Shown here: positions 60,831 through 64,000 of the stretch, one piece after another
Position numbering within the stretch: position 1 is the first letter of the stretch
Layout: each line of letters opens with the position of its first letter
Source of the DNA: an uncultured Planctomycetota bacterium
Lineage (GTDB): Bacteria; Planctomycetota; Planctomycetia; Isosphaerales; Isosphaeraceae
DNA length: 64,000 nucleotides
Assembly (NCBI GenBank): GCA_963845755.1
Contig: CAWJTV010000039.1
Coordinates: 64,001 to 128,000, forward strand
Direction: 5' to 3'
Made by a program: the position numbers and the translations under genes
Notes under the pieces: model-generated
What the model saw: only the letters and a program-made list of their open reading frames with translations
Databases searched by the model: none
Told to the model about the DNA's origin: nothing

Positions 60831-61365
60831 TCTGTGCCTTCAACCAACCGTCGTGTCCCACGAAGCGGCGGCGGGTCGGGCGGAGACCGGTCATCAACGA
60901 ACGTCGCGGGGCCCCCGAGGCGTCCGGGTGCGCGGCGGGTCCGAGTCGGTCGCCACCCTCGGCCTGGGGGGCCAGCCACTGTTCCAGGTAGTGGGCGGCA
61001 TAATTCTGCGCGGCACGGATCGCCAGCGGAGCCAGGAGGCCCAGGACCGTGCCCGTCAGACTCCACGACTTCTCCCGCGGCGCACTGGTCAGGTTCACGT
61101 GCATGGGCGCCATTGCCTTGGCGCCGGAGGTCGGAACGCCCATCGCCACCACGGCGGGTGCCTCCGTCCGCCGCTTGGGGACGATCAGGTAGCCGGTCGC
61201 GCCGGCCGTCGCCAGGCTCAGCCACGGATGGCTTCGCACCAGGCTCCGCCAGTCGGTCAACGATTGAGCCCCCTTGACCGCTTCCCGGACATCCTTATGC
61301 ATGTCATGACGAACCAAGGCCATCCGCTGCTGGATTTCGCGGATCTCCTCCGTCGGGCTCGACAT
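60823..61365 (-). CDS. DUF3618-like membrane-anchored protein
   Basis: EIQQRMALVRHD..DWRSLVRSHPWLSLATAGATGYLIVP. Confidence 0.7.
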   Translation of the reverse strand: MSSPTEEIREIQQRMALVRHDMHKDVREAVKGAQSLTDWRSLVRSHPWLSLATAGATGYLIVPKRRTEAPAVVAMGVPTSGAKAMAPMHVNLTSAPREKSWSLTGTVLGLLAPLAIRAAQNYAAHYLEQWLAPQAEGGDRLGPAAHPDASGAPRRSLMTGLRPTRRRFVGHDGWLKAQTY

Positions 61366-61473
61366 CGCCGTAGCCATCGCCACCATCCTCTCGGAGTGTC
61401 TCACGTCGCGCGCCGGCATCCCTCATCGTTCGCCTCGCAGAGTCGCGCTTGCGTTCTCTCTCGGCTCCCAGCG

Positions 61474-61489
61474 AGCAAAAACTGTGCCA
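61474..61489 (-). promoter_or_regulatory. sigma54 promoter for the leftward operon
   Basis: TGGCACAGTTTTTGCT. Confidence 0.8.
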
Positions 61490-61725
61490 AAACGCGGGCG
61501 CGGCCGGTCGACGGCCTCACGTCACCTGCGTCGTCCCCGATCCTCATGAAAGGTTTTAAGAATTCTCAAATTTCTGTGAGAAATCTGCGACCGATTCTTG
61601 AGTAGTCCGACGCACATGAGTCCTTGCGGCCCGTCGTTCCCCCTTTTACCAGGGCGCCGGTTGTCGCGGACGCACGAAGAACTTTCGCATCGACCGCCCC
61701 CAAACCGGCTCAAACCCCTCCGGCT

Positions 61726-61741
61726 TGGCACACCCCTTGCA
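61726..61741 (+). promoter_or_regulatory. sigma54 promoter for the rightward operon
   Basis: TGGCACACCCCTTGCA. Confidence 0.8.
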
Positions 61742-61828
61742 TCAGTTTCGACCTTGATCATGATGGCCAGCCCCGGATCTCATGTGAGGTCGCTGGCCGT
61801 CCGGTTCCCAGAATGAGGGGAAAGTTTC

Positions 61829-62023
61829 ATGCGCAAGCTGATCAGTACGATGATGTTGGGTGTCCTCGTCGTGGGATGTGGGTTCGCGATCCCCGGCTGC
61901 TCGGAGGAGACTGCAACGAAGACACAGACCACGACGACCACTCCCAACGGCAAGACGGTGGAGACCCAGACCAACTCGATCAAGCAATCGGGTGACCAGC
62001 CGCCGCCGCCCAAGACACCTTGA
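61829..62023 (+). CDS. Small Thr-rich lipoprotein
   Basis: Signal peptide ending IPGC; TQTTTTTP. Confidence 0.75.
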   Translation: MRKLISTMMLGVLVVGCGFAIPGCSEETATKTQTTTTTPNGKTVETQTNSIKQSGDQPPPPKTP

Positions 62024-62100
62024 TCGGCCGAGACGTCACAAGGATTCACTTCGGGGTGGATCGGATTCCTTTTCCATCAGAGATCAGTGAGGTTGACACC

Positions 62101-62520
62101 ATGGTTAATGCGCAAGTGCTGCAAGGGCAGTGGAACCAGATTCGCGGTGAGCTGAAGAAGAAGTGGGGCCAGTTGACCGAGGACGACCTGCGGTTCACCA
62201 ACGGCAACATCGACCAGTTGATTGGCCGGATCCAGCACAAGACCGGCGAGGCCCGCGATGCGATCGAGAAGTTCCTGGACGAGGCGACGGCCCAGGGTGC
62301 CTCGATGATGACGCAGGCGACCGAGCAGGCGGGCAAGTATGCCCAGTACGCCTCCGAGCAGGTGCGCGAGGGGTACAACCGGCTCTCCGACCAGTTCAAC
62401 CGCGGCTACGACGTCTCGCAAGACATGATCCGCGAGAACCCCGGTCGTTCGATCGCCCTGGCCTTCGGCGCCGGCATCCTGCTGGGCGTCGTCGTCGGCG
62501 TGGCCCTGCGTTCGCGCTGA
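62101..62520 (+). CDS. CsbD domain fused to a DUF883-like C-terminal anchor
   Basis: GQWNQIRGELKKKWGQLTEDD; RENPGRSIALAFGAGILLG. Confidence 0.9.
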   Translation: MVNAQVLQGQWNQIRGELKKKWGQLTEDDLRFTNGNIDQLIGRIQHKTGEARDAIEKFLDEATAQGASMMTQATEQAGKYAQYASEQVREGYNRLSDQFNRGYDVSQDMIRENPGRSIALAFGAGILLGVVVGVALRSR

Positions 62521-62550
62521 TCATTTCAGCATGAGAAAGGCTTCTCGAGT

Positions 62551-62632
62551 GAAGGCGGAAGGCTGAAGGCGGAAGGCTGAGTCAGCACCGGTCCGGTCTT
62601 GATTCAGCCTTCAGCCCTCAGCCTTCGGCCTT
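62551..62632. repeat. Inverted heptamer tandem repeat
   Basis: (GAAGGCK)4 followed by TCAGCCT TCAGCCC TCAGCCT TCGGCCT. Confidence 0.85.
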
Positions 62633-62653
62633 TTAGAGTGAGGTACTCCGTCA

Positions 62654-64000
62654 GTGACCAAGCCCTCCGTTGGACCGACCTGGCAACGTGCGCTCATTAC
62701 CTTGACCGGGACCGTCATCTGCGTGGTCGCGATCGCGGCCTTGTACTGGGCGCAGTCGGTGTTCATCCCGGTGGCGCTAGCCGCCTTCCTGACCTTCCTG
62801 CTCAGCCCCCTCGTGGGCTGGTTCCGCCAACGCGGGGTCCGGCGGACCCCCGCCGTGATCATGGCCGTCCTGCTGGCGACACTCGCCCTGGGCTCGATCG
62901 GCTGGCTCGTCACTTCTCAGATCACCAGCTTGATCCAGGAGTTGCCCCGGTACACCCAGACCGTGAAGGAGAAGGTCCGGACCTTCAAGAAGGTCACGGA
63001 GAACTCGGGTCAACTCAAGAAGATGGTGACGGAGATCAACCAGGAGCTCGGCCAGACGACGGATCGACCGGCCAAGGACGATGCGGAAGAGAGCCCCGGC
63101 GGAGAGACGGCCGACTCCGGCCTGTCCACCAGACGGCCGACGGCCGTGATCCTCGAGCCGCAGAGCCCGGTCTGGCTGTCGCGCCTGACCTCGTTCTTGA
63201 GCCCGCTCCTGGAATCGCTCGGCGAGCTGGCGCTGGCCATCATCCTGGTCATCTTCATGCTGCTGAAGCGGGAGGAACTCCGCAATCGCATCATCCGACT
63301 GGCGGGACACGGGCAGATCGTCGTCGCCACCAAGTTCGTGGACGAGGCGGCGCAGCGGGTCAGCCGGTTCCTCCTCATCCAGGCGATCGTCAATGGGACG
63401 TTCGGCCTGATCTTCGGGATCGGCCTGCTCCTGATCGGGGTCAAGTATGCCTTGCTTTGGGGCTTCCTGGCGGCGATGCTCCGCTACCTCCCTTTCATCG
63501 GGCCCTATCTGGCCGTCACGTTCCCGATTTCGCTGAGCCTGGCCACCATCCCCGGCTGGGGAGCGACGTTGATGGTGATCGGCCTGTTCCTGACGGTGGA
63601 GCTGATCACGGCGAACTTCGTCGAGCCCCGGCTCTACGGCCAGAGCATGGGAGTCTCCGAGATCGCCTTGCTGGTCTCGGCGGCCTTTTGGGCATTCCTC
63701 TGGGGACCGATCGGGCTGGTCCTCTCGAGCCCACTGACGGTCTGCCTCGTCGTACTGGGCCGCTACAGCCCCCGGTTGGAGTTCATCTCGGTCCTCCTGG
63801 GCGATGAGCCGGCCCTCGATCTGAGCATCAGCTTCTACCAGCGCCTCCTGGCCCGGGACCAGGACGAAGCGGAGGACCTGGTCCTGGAGCAGGTCCAGGC
63901 ATCCAAATCTGCGGAGCCCATCTACGATGAGATGCTGCTGCCGGCCTTGATCGCCATCAAGCGGAACCGCATCCGCGATGACATCACCGAGGCGGACGCG
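62654..64000 (+). CDS. AI-2E family transporter (partial, runs off the window)
   Basis: GTG 62654 frame: ALYWAQSVFIPVALAAFLTFLLSP, LRYLPFIG, EPRLYGQSMGVS, WGPIGLVLSSPLT. Confidence 0.92.
   Translation, partial: MTKPSVGPTWQRALITLTGTVICVVAIAALYWAQSVFIPVALAAFLTFLLSPLVGWFRQRGVRRTPAVIMAVLLATLALGSIGWLVTSQITSLIQELPRYTQTVKEKVRTFKKVTENSGQLKKMVTEINQELGQTTDRPAKDDAEESPGGETADSGLSTRRPTAVILEPQSPVWLSRLTSFLSPLLESLGELALAIILVIFMLLKREELRNRIIRLAGHGQIVVATKFVDEAAQRVSRFLLIQAIVNGTFGLIFGIGLLLIGVKYALLWGFLAAMLRYLPFIGPYLAVTFPISLSLATIPGWGATLMVIGLFLTVELITANFVEPRLYGQSMGVSEIALLVSAAFWAFLWGPIGLVLSSPLTVCLVVLGRYSPRLEFISVLLGDEPALDLSISFYQRLLARDQDEAEDLVLEQVQASKSAEPIYDEMLLPALIAIKRNRIRDDITEADA

Overview
GC-rich bacterial window with strong Planctomycetota signatures (Isosphaeraceae-like: DUF1559 protein, planctomycete ECF sigma/Ser-Thr kinase cassettes, an LEPR-type secreted protein). 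Many genes carry single-base frameshifts that look like uncorrected long-read errors, so gene boundaries are reconstructed across frames. Left to right: (1) 3' end of a cis-AT type I PKS cluster ending in a stand-alone condensation domain (1-10.7 kb); (2) a Mutator/IS256-like IS with 31-bp terminal inverted repeats and an A6G5 frameshift site; (3) a tandem array of ECF sigma + kinase-WD40(-TPR) cassettes in various states of decay, with apparently leaderless ECF promoters, around a DUF1559/lipoprotein pair (13-30.6 kb); (4) a low-GC non-coding stretch holding a sigma70-like promoter and several degenerate tRNA pieces beside an intact tRNA-Gln(CTG); (5) an oxidoreductase, an M30-like peptidase, a Gly-rich secreted protein, ORFans and a Cys-less redoxin; (6) an inorganic-carbon locus (sbtA-like, dabA, NuoL-like dabB, an extra NuoM-like subunit, beta-carbonic anhydrase) with a candidate attenuator upstream of dabA; (7) a general-stress gene cluster (CsbD, DUF1328, DUF883-like, YqjE-like, CBS, AI-2E) whose five apparent transcription units each start with a sigma54 -24/-12 promoter. 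All calls are by eye; no searches were run.
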